From Alphaproteobacteria bacterium (GTDB taxonomy: Bacteria > Pseudomonadota > Alphaproteobacteria > Caulobacterales > Caulobacteraceae), in the NCBI GenBank assembly GCA_031379795.1, contig JANNFM010000334.1:1-41749 (forward strand): DNA of 41,749 nucleotides, written 5' to 3'. Under the pieces are notes generated by a model. That model was not told where the DNA came from and ran no database searches. It saw only the letters and a program-made list of their open reading frames with translations. Positions 9,595 to 18,376 of this stretch are shown here, one piece after another (the first letter of the stretch is position 1; each line of letters starts with the position of its first letter). The translations under genes and the position numbers were made by a program.

Positions 9595-10077
9595 ATGACC
9601 ATCAAAGTCGGTGACAAACTGCCCAACGTGACCATCAGCCAGGCGACGTCGGAAGGACCGCGTCCGATCAAGACCGAAGACCTGTTCGCGGGCAAGACCG
9701 TGGCCCTGTTCGCCCTGCCGGGCGCCTTCACGCCCACCTGCTCGGCCAAGCATGTGCCGGGCTTCAAGCAACTGTCGCCAGAGCTGAAAGCCAAGGGCGT
9801 CGACGTCATCGCCTGTCTGTCGGTCAACGACGCCTTTGTCATGAAGGCCTGGGGCGAAGACCAGGCGGTCGGCGACGACATCATGATGCTGGGCGATGGC
9901 AACGCTGACTTCACCACCGCCGTCGGCCTCGAAATGGACGGGTCCAAGTTCGGTATGGGCAAGCGCTCGCAGCGGTATTCCATGATCGTCAAGGACGGCG
10001 TGGTAAAGGAACTGAACGTCGAGCAGGGCGGCGAATTCCGCGTCTCGGCCGCCGACTACCTTCTGGCTCAACTCTAG
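9595..10077 (+). CDS. Peroxiredoxin (Prx5/redoxin family)
   Basis: PGAFTPTCS peroxidatic motif, SVNDAFVM.AW and RSQRYSM; AAGGAG SD. Confidence 0.95.
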   Translation: MTIKVGDKLPNVTISQATSEGPRPIKTEDLFAGKTVALFALPGAFTPTCSAKHVPGFKQLSPELKAKGVDVIACLSVNDAFVMKAWGEDQAVGDDIMMLGDGNADFTTAVGLEMDGSKFGMGKRSQRYSMIVKDGVVKELNVEQGGEFRVSAADYLLAQL

Positions 10078-10079
10078 CC

Positions 10080-11051
10080 ATGGCGCGCGCGGGCCTCAGT
10101 CTCCTGGCCGTCCTGGCCCTGACGCTGTCGCCCGCCGCCTCTGTGGCCAAAGGCCCACGCGTCACCAGCGACGAGTACAAGAAGAGCTGGGGTCTGGAGG
10201 CCATCGGCGCCCGCGCGGCCTACGATGCCGGGCTAACTGGCAAGGGCATCACCGTCGCCATGGTCGATTGCGGCATCGCCAGGGCCCAGAGCGATGTCAT
10301 GCGCAACCTCTCGCGGCGTTCAAAAGATGTTGTCGAGGGCCGCACCATGCCGGTGATGGATCGTCACGGCAGCTATATGGCCGGGCCGCTGGCCTCGGCG
10401 CTCAATGGACGCGGCATGGTCGGCGTGGCCTACAATGTCACGCTGCTGGCCGTGCGCGCCGACATTGACGGCGGCCTGTTCGGCTCCTGTGCGTTCAAGC
10501 CCACCGATCTCGCCCGGGCGCTGGACTATGCGACCGCCCAGAAGGCCCGCATCGTGGTCCTGCCCCTGCAAGGACGAAAGCCGATGGGGGTGCCCTTCGA
10601 ACAGGCCCTTGAGCGGCTGGTCCAGAGCGGCGCGGTGGTCGTGATCGCGGCGGGCAACCGCAATGGTCGCGAACCCAGCTGGCCCGCGCGCTATGCCGTC
10701 GATCCGCGCTATGCTGGCTCTATCGTGGTGGCCGGGGCCACCGGCTACTACGGCGCGATCACCGCCTGGTCCAACAAGGCCGGGTCGGTAAAACCCTGGT
10801 ACATCGCCGCACCCGGCGAATGGGTGCTGACTGACTGTCAGGCCAAGTGCCGACTGGTCTCGGGCACGTCGTTCTCGACCTCGTATGTCGCAGGCGGCAT
10901 GGCGTTGATGATGGAAGCCTGGCCGAAACTCACCGGCCAGGAGGTCGCCGCCCGCATCCTGGGCCTGGCCCGCGACGCCGGCGACGCCGGTGTGGACGAC
11001 ATCTACGGCCGCGGCATCCTCGACCTCAGTCAGGCCTTCAAGGCCGGTTGA
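10080..11051 (+). CDS. Secreted S8 (subtilisin-like) serine peptidase
   Basis: Signal peptide; VAMVD (Asp), RHGSYMAG (His), AAGN (oxyanion Asn), SGTSFS (Ser); C-terminal YGRGILD. Confidence 0.88.
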   Translation: MARAGLSLLAVLALTLSPAASVAKGPRVTSDEYKKSWGLEAIGARAAYDAGLTGKGITVAMVDCGIARAQSDVMRNLSRRSKDVVEGRTMPVMDRHGSYMAGPLASALNGRGMVGVAYNVTLLAVRADIDGGLFGSCAFKPTDLARALDYATAQKARIVVLPLQGRKPMGVPFEQALERLVQSGAVVVIAAGNRNGREPSWPARYAVDPRYAGSIVVAGATGYYGAITAWSNKAGSVKPWYIAAPGEWVLTDCQAKCRLVSGTSFSTSYVAGGMALMMEAWPKLTGQEVAARILGLARDAGDAGVDDIYGRGILDLSQAFKAG

Positions 11052-11086
11052 GGGAGGGGTGACCCGGTCATCAATTCAAACTTGAT

Positions 11087-11213
11087 CGTCATCCCCCGGC
11101 TTGTCCGGGGGACCCATGATCTCCGCGCCCGCTTGATGGCTGCGGTCGTCGCCACCGCGTTTTATCCGTCGCCACGGCGATCATGGATGGCCCGGACGAG
11201 CCGGGCCATGACG
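11087..11213. repeat. CGTC-tagged REP inverted doublet, copy 1
   Basis: Left arm CGTCATCCCCCGGCTTGTCCGGGGGACCCATG; right arm (reverse complement) CGTCATGGCCCGGCTCGTCCGGGCCATCCATG; lies between convergent genes. Confidence 0.88.
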
Positions 11214-11229
11214 TCTATTTTCAGATTCA

Positions 11230-11817
11230 TTAGCATTGGCGTGGCTGCCCGAAGGCCCGGCTGAGATAGCGAGACCCGCCCTCACCAAAGCGCCAGGCAA
11301 CGTCGACCGCCTTGCTGATCCCGATGCGCGGCCCTTGCAACACGCCGACCGCCGCGCCGGGTTCCAGGACAAACGGCGCGGCATCCAGCGCGTGGCCATC
11401 ATGATCGCGGCTCACCGCCAGCGCCTGACAGAGCTTGCCCGGTCCGGAGCAAAGCGCCGGCAGGTCGTTCTGACCGCGCCGTTCCCTCATGACCTCCAAG
11501 CCCTGAGTCGGCTCCAGCGCCCGTATAAGTACGGCGCTACCCGGCGCATCGCCACAGACCACGTTCAGGCACCAGTGGATGCCATAGGAGCGATAGACGT
11601 AGGCCCGGCCCGGCGGCCCGAACATCGCGGCGTTGCGATCGGTGCGTCCGTTGAAGCTGTGTGAGGCCGGGTCCTCGTGATGATAGGCCTCGGTCTCGAC
11701 GATCCGCCCGCCGACACCCTCGACGAAAACGCTCCAGCCGATCAGATCGCGGGCCACCTCGGCGGGATGGCGCGCCCAGAAACCTTGACGGATCGTCGGT
11801 AAACGTCCGGAATGCAC
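11230..11817 (-). CDS. DNA-3-methyladenine glycosylase, MPG/AAG type (start uncertain)
   Basis: [47 protein letters not shown] and GPRIGIS. GTG 11817 chosen because longer starts collide with the divergent gene. Confidence 0.92.
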   Translation of the reverse strand: MHSGRLPTIRQGFWARHPAEVARDLIGWSVFVEGVGGRIVETEAYHHEDPASHSFNGRTDRNAAMFGPPGRAYVYRSYGIHWCLNVVCGDAPGSAVLIRALEPTQGLEVMRERRGQNDLPALCSGPGKLCQALAVSRDHDGHALDAAPFVLEPGAAVGVLQGPRIGISKAVDVAWRFGEGGSRYLSRAFGQPRQC

Positions 11818-11851
11818 CTCAACAACAGAAACCATCCAGGGAACATGCGCC

Positions 11852-13036
11852 ATGGCATATGTCGAAGGCCAGACCGTCCACGACGCCGACAGCCACATCA
11901 TGGAGCTGCCGGGGGCCATCAACCCCTACATCGACCCGAAATTCCGCGCTGACTTTGTCGACAAGACCGCGCCCGCCAAGGACGGCCTGCTGGAATGGTT
12001 CGCCAAGGCCGCCGCCCAGCACGACGACCCGGAGTTCAAGGCCGGCGCCGAGGCCAACATCCTGCTGCGCAAGAACCACGCGGCACTGGGCGCCTTCCGT
12101 AACCAGGATCGCGGCGCGGCGCTGGATCACCTGGGCTTCACCTCCCAGCTGGTCTTCACCACCGCCTGTCTCTCCAACTTCGGTTTGGAACAAAAGGGTG
12201 AGGTCGAGCTCGCCGTCGAGGCTGCCCGGGCCCACAACCGGATGATGACCGAGTTCTGTTCGGTGGATCGCCGCCTGCTGGCCACCGGCTATGTGCCGCT
12301 GATCGACCGCGCCCGCGCGCCGCAGATCGCCCGTGAGGCGCTGGCGCTTGGGGCCAAGGCGCTGGTGGTTCCCTCTCGCCATCCGCCGGGCTTCTCGGCC
12401 AGCCACCGCGATCTGGACGCCCTCTGGGCCGTCGCGCAGGAGGCCGGTGTCCCGATCCTGTTCCACGTCGGCGGCGAGGAGAAGATGCACAAGGACTATC
12501 TGGAAAATGGCCTGCCCTTCGTGCGCGACTTCCATGGCGGCGACGAGAATTTCACGTCCCTGACCTTCATGGCGATCCCGCTCAGCGTCTGGCAGACCGT
12601 GTCGGCCCTCGTTATCGACGGCGTCTTCGACCGCTTCCCGCGCCTGAAGTTCGGGGCCATCGAGCTGGGCGCCTCCTGGCTGCCCAGCCTCATGAAATTC
12701 CTGGACTCCGGCGTCGCGGCCTTCGGCAAGGAAGAGCGTCTGCAGACGCTATCCGGCACACCCTCCGAAATCCTGCGCCGCCAGTTCCGCGTCACGCCCT
12801 ATCCGCATGAGGACGTCCGCTGGATCATGGAAAACTCCGGCGAGGACATGGTGCTGTTCTCCTCCGACTTCCCGCACGTGGAAGGCGGCCGCAACCCGAT
12901 GAAGCGCTTTGGCGACAATCTGGCCGGCGTCGACGAGCGGCTGAAGCGCAAGTTCTACCGCGACAACTTCATCGACCTGATGGGCAACGGCCTGGCCAAG
13001 GACCTGCACGACCTGCCGTCGCTCGTCGCCGCCTGA
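11852..13036 (+). CDS. Amidohydrolase family 2 protein (TIM-barrel metal-dependent hydrolase/decarboxylase)
   Basis: [32 protein letters not shown] and [10 protein letters not shown]. Confidence 0.88.
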   Translation: MAYVEGQTVHDADSHIMELPGAINPYIDPKFRADFVDKTAPAKDGLLEWFAKAAAQHDDPEFKAGAEANILLRKNHAALGAFRNQDRGAALDHLGFTSQLVFTTACLSNFGLEQKGEVELAVEAARAHNRMMTEFCSVDRRLLATGYVPLIDRARAPQIAREALALGAKALVVPSRHPPGFSASHRDLDALWAVAQEAGVPILFHVGGEEKMHKDYLENGLPFVRDFHGGDENFTSLTFMAIPLSVWQTVSALVIDGVFDRFPRLKFGAIELGASWLPSLMKFLDSGVAAFGKEERLQTLSGTPSEILRRQFRVTPYPHEDVRWIMENSGEDMVLFSSDFPHVEGGRNPMKRFGDNLAGVDERLKRKFYRDNFIDLMGNGLAKDLHDLPSLVAA

Positions 13037-13057
13037 ACTGCGGCGCACAAAAAGGAT

Positions 13058-13134
13058 CGTCATAGGCGGGCCCTTGACCCGCCTATCCAACAGCGCTCTC
13101 AACATGGATCGCCGGGTCAAGCCCGCCGATGACG
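13058..13134. repeat. CGTC-tagged REP inverted doublet, copy 2
   Basis: Left arm CGTCATAGGCGGGCCCTTGACCCGCCTATCCA; right arm (reverse complement) CGTCATCGGCGGGCTTGACCCGGCGATCCATG. Confidence 0.85.
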
Positions 13135-13233
13135 ATGTCGTGGGCGGTGCGGACGACCGCGCGAGGCTCAACAACCACTGGACTGACCTCCGACCACCTG
13201 CTTGACGCGATCAACGAAGCACTGAGGGCCGCC

Positions 13234-16200
13234 ATGAAATCCCGGACTGCAATCATACTCGCTGCCCTGGCGTTCGCCGTGTCACCCGCCGCGGCCGCCG
13301 ATGCCCCGAAGCCGCCCAAGTGGGATGTCTCCGCCCCGCCCGGCATGACGACCCGCCAGATTCCGATCGACGTCGACCAGGGCACGTGGATGAACCTCGA
13401 TGTCTCGCCTGATGGCCAGAGCGTCGCCTTTGACCTGCTGGGCGACATCTATGTGATGCCTATCGCCGGCGGGACCCCGACCCGCATCGCCGACGGCCTG
13501 GCCTACGAGCAGCAACCCCGCTTCTCGCCGGACGGCAAGCGCATCGCCTTCGTTTCCGACCGCGGCGGTGGCGACAACATCTGGATCATGAACCGTGACG
13601 GGTCGAACAGGCAGCAGGTGTCGAAGGAGGACTTCCGCCTCCTGAACCAGCCCAGCTGGAGCCCGGACGGTCGCTTCATCGTCGCCAAGAAGCATTTCAC
13701 CACGGGCCGTTCGCTCGGCACGGGCGAGGTCTGGCTCTTCCATGTGTCCGGCGGCGGCGGCGTGCGCATCGTCAAGCGCCCCAGCGAGCAGCACCAGAAG
13801 GAACTGGGCGAACCGGTCTTCGCCCCCGACGGCAAGAGCCTCTATTTCACCCGTAACGTCACGCCCGGACCGATCTTCGAATACGCACAGGATTCCAACG
13901 CCAGCCTGTTCCACATCGAACGGCATGACCTGACCACCGGCGAGGTGACCACGGTGGTCGCTGGCGCAGGTGGCGCGGTGCGACCGACGCCGTCGCCCGA
14001 CGGCAAGCTGATCGCCTTCGTGCGCCGAGAGCGGACCAAGTCGAAACTGTATGTCCGCGACCTGGTCTCCGGCGCTGAACGCAAGGTCTATGACGCGCTG
14101 GATCAGGACGTCCAGGAAACCTGGGCCGTCACCGGCCTCTATCCGAACATGGCCTGGACCCCGGACAGCCGCCAGGTGGTGTTCTGGGCGGGGGGCAAGA
14201 TCCGGCGGGTCGGCGCGGATGGATCGGCAGCGGCGGAGATTCCCTTCCGGGTTCGCGACACCCGCGTGGTGATCGACTCTGTTCACCCCAAGGTCGCTGT
14301 GGCACCCGACCGGTTCACCACCCGCATGCCACGCTGGGCCCAGGTGTCGCCGGATGGCAAGCAGGTGGTGTTCGAAACGCTCGGCAAACTCTGGATCAAG
14401 GCGATGGGCGAGGGGGTGCCGCGCCGCCTGACCCGCGGCGACGATCCCGGCCTGGAACTCTGGCCGACCTGGTCGCGGGATGGCCGCACCATCGCCTTTG
14501 TCGGCTGGACTGACGCCGACCTGGGCCGGTTGCGGATCGTGGCCGCGGGCGGCGGCGCGCCGCGCGACGTCTCCAGCCAGCCAGGCCACTACGCGCTCCC
14601 GCGCTTCTCTCCCGACGGCAAGACGCTGGTGTTCGAACGCCGCACCGGCGGCGGGCTGACTTCGGACCTGTGGAGCCAGGATCCCGGCGTGTACCGCATG
14701 GCGGTTACGGGCGGCGAACAGGTCCGCGTCGCGCGCGGCACCGCCGAGCCGCAGTTCGGGGCGGGCTCGGACCGCGTCTTCATGATTGGCAGCGACAAGG
14801 GCCAGGCTCAGCTGATCAGCACGGATCTGAACGGCGAAGCCCGCCGCGTCCACGCCACCGGCGAACTGGTCAACGATTTCCAGGTCTCTCCGGACAGTCG
14901 CTATCTGGCCTTCCGTCAGAACTACCAGGCCTTCATCATGCCCCTGCTTCCGGGGCCGACGGAACTGTCGGTTGATCCCAAGGGTGGGCCTTTGCCCGTC
15001 GTACGGGTCAGCGGCGACGGAGCCGATTTCATCCACTGGTCGAACGACGGGCGCAAGGTGCACTGGAGCCTGGGTCCGACACTTTTCAGCGTCGACGCCG
15101 AGACCGTCTTCCTCGCTGGACCTGCCGCAGAAGATGCCCCGGCCTTCAAGGCTCCAACGCTGGGCGTGAACCTCTCTATGGACATCGCGGCGGACAAAGC
15201 CGTCGGCGATGTGGCGCTGGTCGGCGCCCGGCTCGTCACCATGGCCGACAAGGCCGGCGGCATCATCGACGATGGCGTCATCGTGGTGCGCGGAGACCGC
15301 ATCCTGGCCGTCGGTCCCAGATCCAGGGTGACCATCCCGGCGGGCGCCAAGGTTGTGGATCTCGCCGGCAAGACCGTGATCCCGGGCCTCGTCGACGCTC
15401 ATGCCCACGGGCCGCAGGGCGACGATGATCTGGTGCCGCAGCAGAACTGGTCCTCCATCGTCAACCTGGCGCTGGGGACGACCACGATCCACAACCCCTC
15501 GTCCCGGGCCTCGCAGATCTTCGTCGCCGCAGAGCGACAGCAGGCCGGGAAGATCCTGGCGCCGCGCACCTTCTCCACCGGCGAAATCGTCTATGGCGCC
15601 AAGGCGGCCGGCACCTACGCCGAGATCAATTCCTTTGACGACGCCCTCGCCCACGTTCGCCGGCTGAAGGCTCAGGGGGCGTTCAGCATCAAGAACTACA
15701 ACCAGCCCCGCCGCGACCAGCGGCAGATGCTGGTCCGGGCCACCCAACAGGAAGGCATGACCATCGTCCCGGAGGGCGGCGCGCTCTACACTCTGGACGT
15801 CACCCACGTGCAGGACGGCAATTCGACCGTGGAGCACAATGTCCCGGTCAGCGTCTTCTATGAGGATCTGTTGAGTCTCTGGTCCCAGACGAAGACGGCC
15901 TACACACCGACCCTGGTGGTGACCTTCGGCGGCTTGGCCGGAGACCCCTACTGGCGCGCCCACACCGACGTCTGGAAGCATCCGCTGCTGACGCGCCATA
16001 TCCCGCCCGGCATCCTGGCCGCCGACAATGTGCGCCGGGTCATCGCCGCCGAGGACGACTACGTCGACGACGAAAGCGCCCGCGAGGCCGGCAAGCTGGC
16101 GGCGCGCGGCGTTCAGGTCTCTATCGGTGCCCACGGCCAACAGGCCGGCGTCGGTTCGCACTGGGAGCTGTGGTCCTTCGTCCGGGGCGGATGGAGCCCC

Positions 16201-16500
16201 ATCGACGCCCTGCGGGCCGGAACGATCATGCCGGCGACGGCCCTCGGCTATGCCGACGATATCGGGTCGCTGGAGGTGGGCAAGCTGGCCGACCTTGTCG
16301 TGCTGGACGCCGACCCGACGGTCGACATCCGCAACAGCGACAAGATCTTCCGCGTCATGCTGGGCGGGCGGCTTTACGACCCGCTGACCATGAACGAGAC
16401 CGTCACGGGCACGCGGGTGCGCGAGCCCTACTGGTGGGAGGCTTCGGGGCAGGCCGGTGCCGGGGTTCCGGCAGCGTCACACAGCGACGGAGATATCTGA
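13234..16500 (+). CDS. Secreted PD40/TolB-like beta-propeller + amidohydrolase fusion protein
   Basis: Signal peptide from ATG 13234; many PxxSPDG repeats; C-terminal PGLVDAHAHG (HxH) and GSLEVGKLADLVVLD. Confidence 0.9.
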   Translation: MKSRTAIILAALAFAVSPAAAADAPKPPKWDVSAPPGMTTRQIPIDVDQGTWMNLDVSPDGQSVAFDLLGDIYVMPIAGGTPTRIADGLAYEQQPRFSPDGKRIAFVSDRGGGDNIWIMNRDGSNRQQVSKEDFRLLNQPSWSPDGRFIVAKKHFTTGRSLGTGEVWLFHVSGGGGVRIVKRPSEQHQKELGEPVFAPDGKSLYFTRNVTPGPIFEYAQDSNASLFHIERHDLTTGEVTTVVAGAGGAVRPTPSPDGKLIAFVRRERTKSKLYVRDLVSGAERKVYDALDQDVQETWAVTGLYPNMAWTPDSRQVVFWAGGKIRRVGADGSAAAEIPFRVRDTRVVIDSVHPKVAVAPDRFTTRMPRWAQVSPDGKQVVFETLGKLWIKAMGEGVPRRLTRGDDPGLELWPTWSRDGRTIAFVGWTDADLGRLRIVAAGGGAPRDVSSQPGHYALPRFSPDGKTLVFERRTGGGLTSDLWSQDPGVYRMAVTGGEQVRVARGTAEPQFGAGSDRVFMIGSDKGQAQLISTDLNGEARRVHATGELVNDFQVSPDSRYLAFRQNYQAFIMPLLPGPTELSVDPKGGPLPVVRVSGDGADFIHWSNDGRKVHWSLGPTLFSVDAETVFLAGPAAEDAPAFKAPTLGVNLSMDIAADKAVGDVALVGARLVTMADKAGGIIDDGVIVVRGDRILAVGPRSRVTIPAGAKVVDLAGKTVIPGLVDAHAHGPQGDDDLVPQQNWSSIVNLALGTTTIHNPSSRASQIFVAAERQQAGKILAPRTFSTGEIVYGAKAAGTYAEINSFDDALAHVRRLKAQGAFSIKNYNQPRRDQRQMLVRATQQEGMTIVPEGGALYTLDVTHVQDGNSTVEHNVPVSVFYEDLLSLWSQTKTAYTPTLVVTFGGLAGDPYWRAHTDVWKHPLLTRHIPPGILAADNVRRVIAAEDDYVDDESAREAGKLAARGVQVSIGAHGQQAGVGSHWELWSFVRGGWSPIDALRAGTIMPATALGYADDIGSLEVGKLADLVVLDADPTVDIRNSDKIFRVMLGGRLYDPLTMNETVTGTRVREPYWWEASGQAGAGVPAASHSDGDI

Positions 16501-18300
16501 ACCGAATCGCCTCGAATCCAGTGCCCCCGCCACCGCGTGCAGCAGGGCCTCGATCTGGATCGGCTTGGCGGCGTGCTCGGCAAAGCCCAGGTCCAGATAG
16601 TGCTGGCGACCGCCCGAGGTAACATCGGCGGTGAGTGCCAGAACCGGCACCTCGCGGTTGGGACCGGGTTCCGCGCGCAGCCGCTGCAGCAGCTCCGTTC
16701 CCGTCATCTCCGGCATCTGGATGTCGGTCAGCACCAGGTCGAAGGTCTGGTCGGCCAGCACCTCCAGCGCCTGGGCGCCGCTCAAGGCCTTGGCGACATG
16801 GTGGCCAAGGCTGCTCAACAGCTGATCCAGAACCAGCAGGTTCGTGGCGTTGTCGTCCACCGCCAGCAGCCGCAGCGACCCCATCGGTACATCGTCGGCG
16901 ACAGCCTGCGGCGCTTCGTCAGCGGACGCGGTGATGACCTGCAGCGGGATCTCGACATGGAACGTCGAGCCTTTGCCAAGTTCGCTCTCGACCCACACCC
17001 GGCCGCCCATCAGCTCGGTCAGTTGCTTGACGATCGCCAAGCCCAGGCCCGTACCCCCGAACCGCCGGGCTTCGGCGTCCTCCACCTGGGAGAAGCGGTC
17101 GAACAGGAACGCCAGGTGGCGCTCTGCGATACCGGGTCCGGTATCCCGGATCGCCACATGCAGGTCGATCATGCTGCCGCCGCGGTCCGTCGCCTCGGCG
17201 ATGATCTCGACGGAGCCGTGCTCGGTGAACTTCAGCGCATTGCCGACCAGATTGAACAGCACCTGGCGTAACCGCAGGGCATCGACCATCACCTGATCCG
17301 GCACGTCGGGCGCAACCTGCAGGGTCAGTGCGACGCCCGCCTCATTGGCGCGCGCAATCCAGAAGCCAACCAGTTTCTCCAGCAGGCCGCCGACACTCTC
17401 GGGAGCAGGCATCAGCTCCAGCTTGCCGGCGTCGATCTTCGAGACATCCAGGATGTCGTTGAGGATCGCCAGCAGATACTCGCCACTGTCGATCAGGACG
17501 TTCAGGCGCTGGGCCTGGACTGGATCGACGGCGTCACGCTTCAGCAGCTGGGCCATCCCCAGAACACCGTTCATGGGCGTCCGGATCTCGTGGCTCATGG
17601 TTGCCAGGAAATTCGACTTGGCGTTGTTGGCGGTACGAGCGATGTCGCGCGCGGTCGCCAGATCAAGAACCAGGGCCATATTGGACCGGAAGGCGGCATG
17701 CCAGGTCGCTATGGCTTTGGTGGTACTCTCCGACGTCAACGCGAGCATGACCAGTAAGGTGAACAGGCTGAGTCCGAGAGCAAACATCTGGACCGGCGCG
17801 AACAGCGTGGCGACCAGGAGCGTGGCCGCAATCATGATCGGAGTGCAGAAGCTCCAGAATATCAGCCGTGAAAGCACGCCCGCGCTCAGGGCGAGGGTCA
17901 GGAGTGTCGCGAACTGGACCGCAAAGAAGGCCAGTTCCGCCAGGCCCGGCGCGAGGATCACCATCGCGACGGTGGGGCCGATGTAGACGCTGGTGCGAAC
18001 CCCGCACATCACGGCAAGGCGTCGCATGCCGGTCTCCAGATCGATCTCTGCGCTAAGGGCGATCCACCGCTTGACGACGAGTTGCTGCCCGGCATCGATC
18101 AGCGATGCGGTGCAAAAGAACACAGCCGCGATCACGGGATGGCCAATCAGCAGGATGCTGACCGTAGCGATCATATTGACCACGATGTGCGCGCTGATCG
18201 GGAACACCAGGCTGGCCAGCAGCAACTGATAGTTGGTCTGCTGGGCATCAGACGAGCTGCCGACCGGCGTCGCAGCGTGATCGTTCGGAGTGGCCGCCAT
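16477..18300 (-). CDS. Membrane-bound hybrid sensor histidine kinase (multi-TM, HisKA, HATPase, REC)
   Basis: FLATMSHEIRTPMNG, NLVGNALKFT, DTGPGI and GGTGLGL; receiver AVDD...TDIQMP...LTA..KP; hydrophobic N-terminal third. Confidence 0.93.
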   Translation of the reverse strand: MAATPNDHAATPVGSSSDAQQTNYQLLLASLVFPISAHIVVNMIATVSILLIGHPVIAAVFFCTASLIDAGQQLVVKRWIALSAEIDLETGMRRLAVMCGVRTSVYIGPTVAMVILAPGLAELAFFAVQFATLLTLALSAGVLSRLIFWSFCTPIMIAATLLVATLFAPVQMFALGLSLFTLLVMLALTSESTTKAIATWHAAFRSNMALVLDLATARDIARTANNAKSNFLATMSHEIRTPMNGVLGMAQLLKRDAVDPVQAQRLNVLIDSGEYLLAILNDILDVSKIDAGKLELMPAPESVGGLLEKLVGFWIARANEAGVALTLQVAPDVPDQVMVDALRLRQVLFNLVGNALKFTEHGSVEIIAEATDRGGSMIDLHVAIRDTGPGIAERHLAFLFDRFSQVEDAEARRFGGTGLGLAIVKQLTELMGGRVWVESELGKGSTFHVEIPLQVITASADEAPQAVADDVPMGSLRLLAVDDNATNLLVLDQLLSSLGHHVAKALSGAQALEVLADQTFDLVLTDIQMPEMTGTELLQRLRAEPGPNREVPVLALTADVTSGGRQHYLDLGFAEHAAKPIQIEALLHAVAGALDSRRFGSDISVAV

Positions 18301-18376
18301 CTCAGCGCCGAGACTAGGCGACAAAGGTGAATCCCAGAAGAACAGCGTTCTTCAACCGGACGTCGCGGGCGCTCTC

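Noticed and set aside
11082-11264. 60-aa ORF MIVIPRLVRGTH... and the similar short ORFs at 13083-13448 and 38453-38677
   Set aside because: They are translations of the CGTC-REP doublets, not genes.
13282-16161. 959-aa antisense ORF opposite the propeller-amidohydrolase gene
   Set aside because: Shadow ORF expected from strong GC3 codon bias (few stops on the antisense frame); no recognisable motifs. The same applies to 7863-8804, 19349-20956, 26907-28250, 31134-32276, 32415-33626 and 36440-37795.
18340-18350. GAAC-N3-GTTC upstream of the hybrid kinase as a possible SOS box
   Set aside because: Matches neither the alphaproteobacterial GTTC-N7-GTTC nor the Firmicute GAAC-N4-GTTC spacing.
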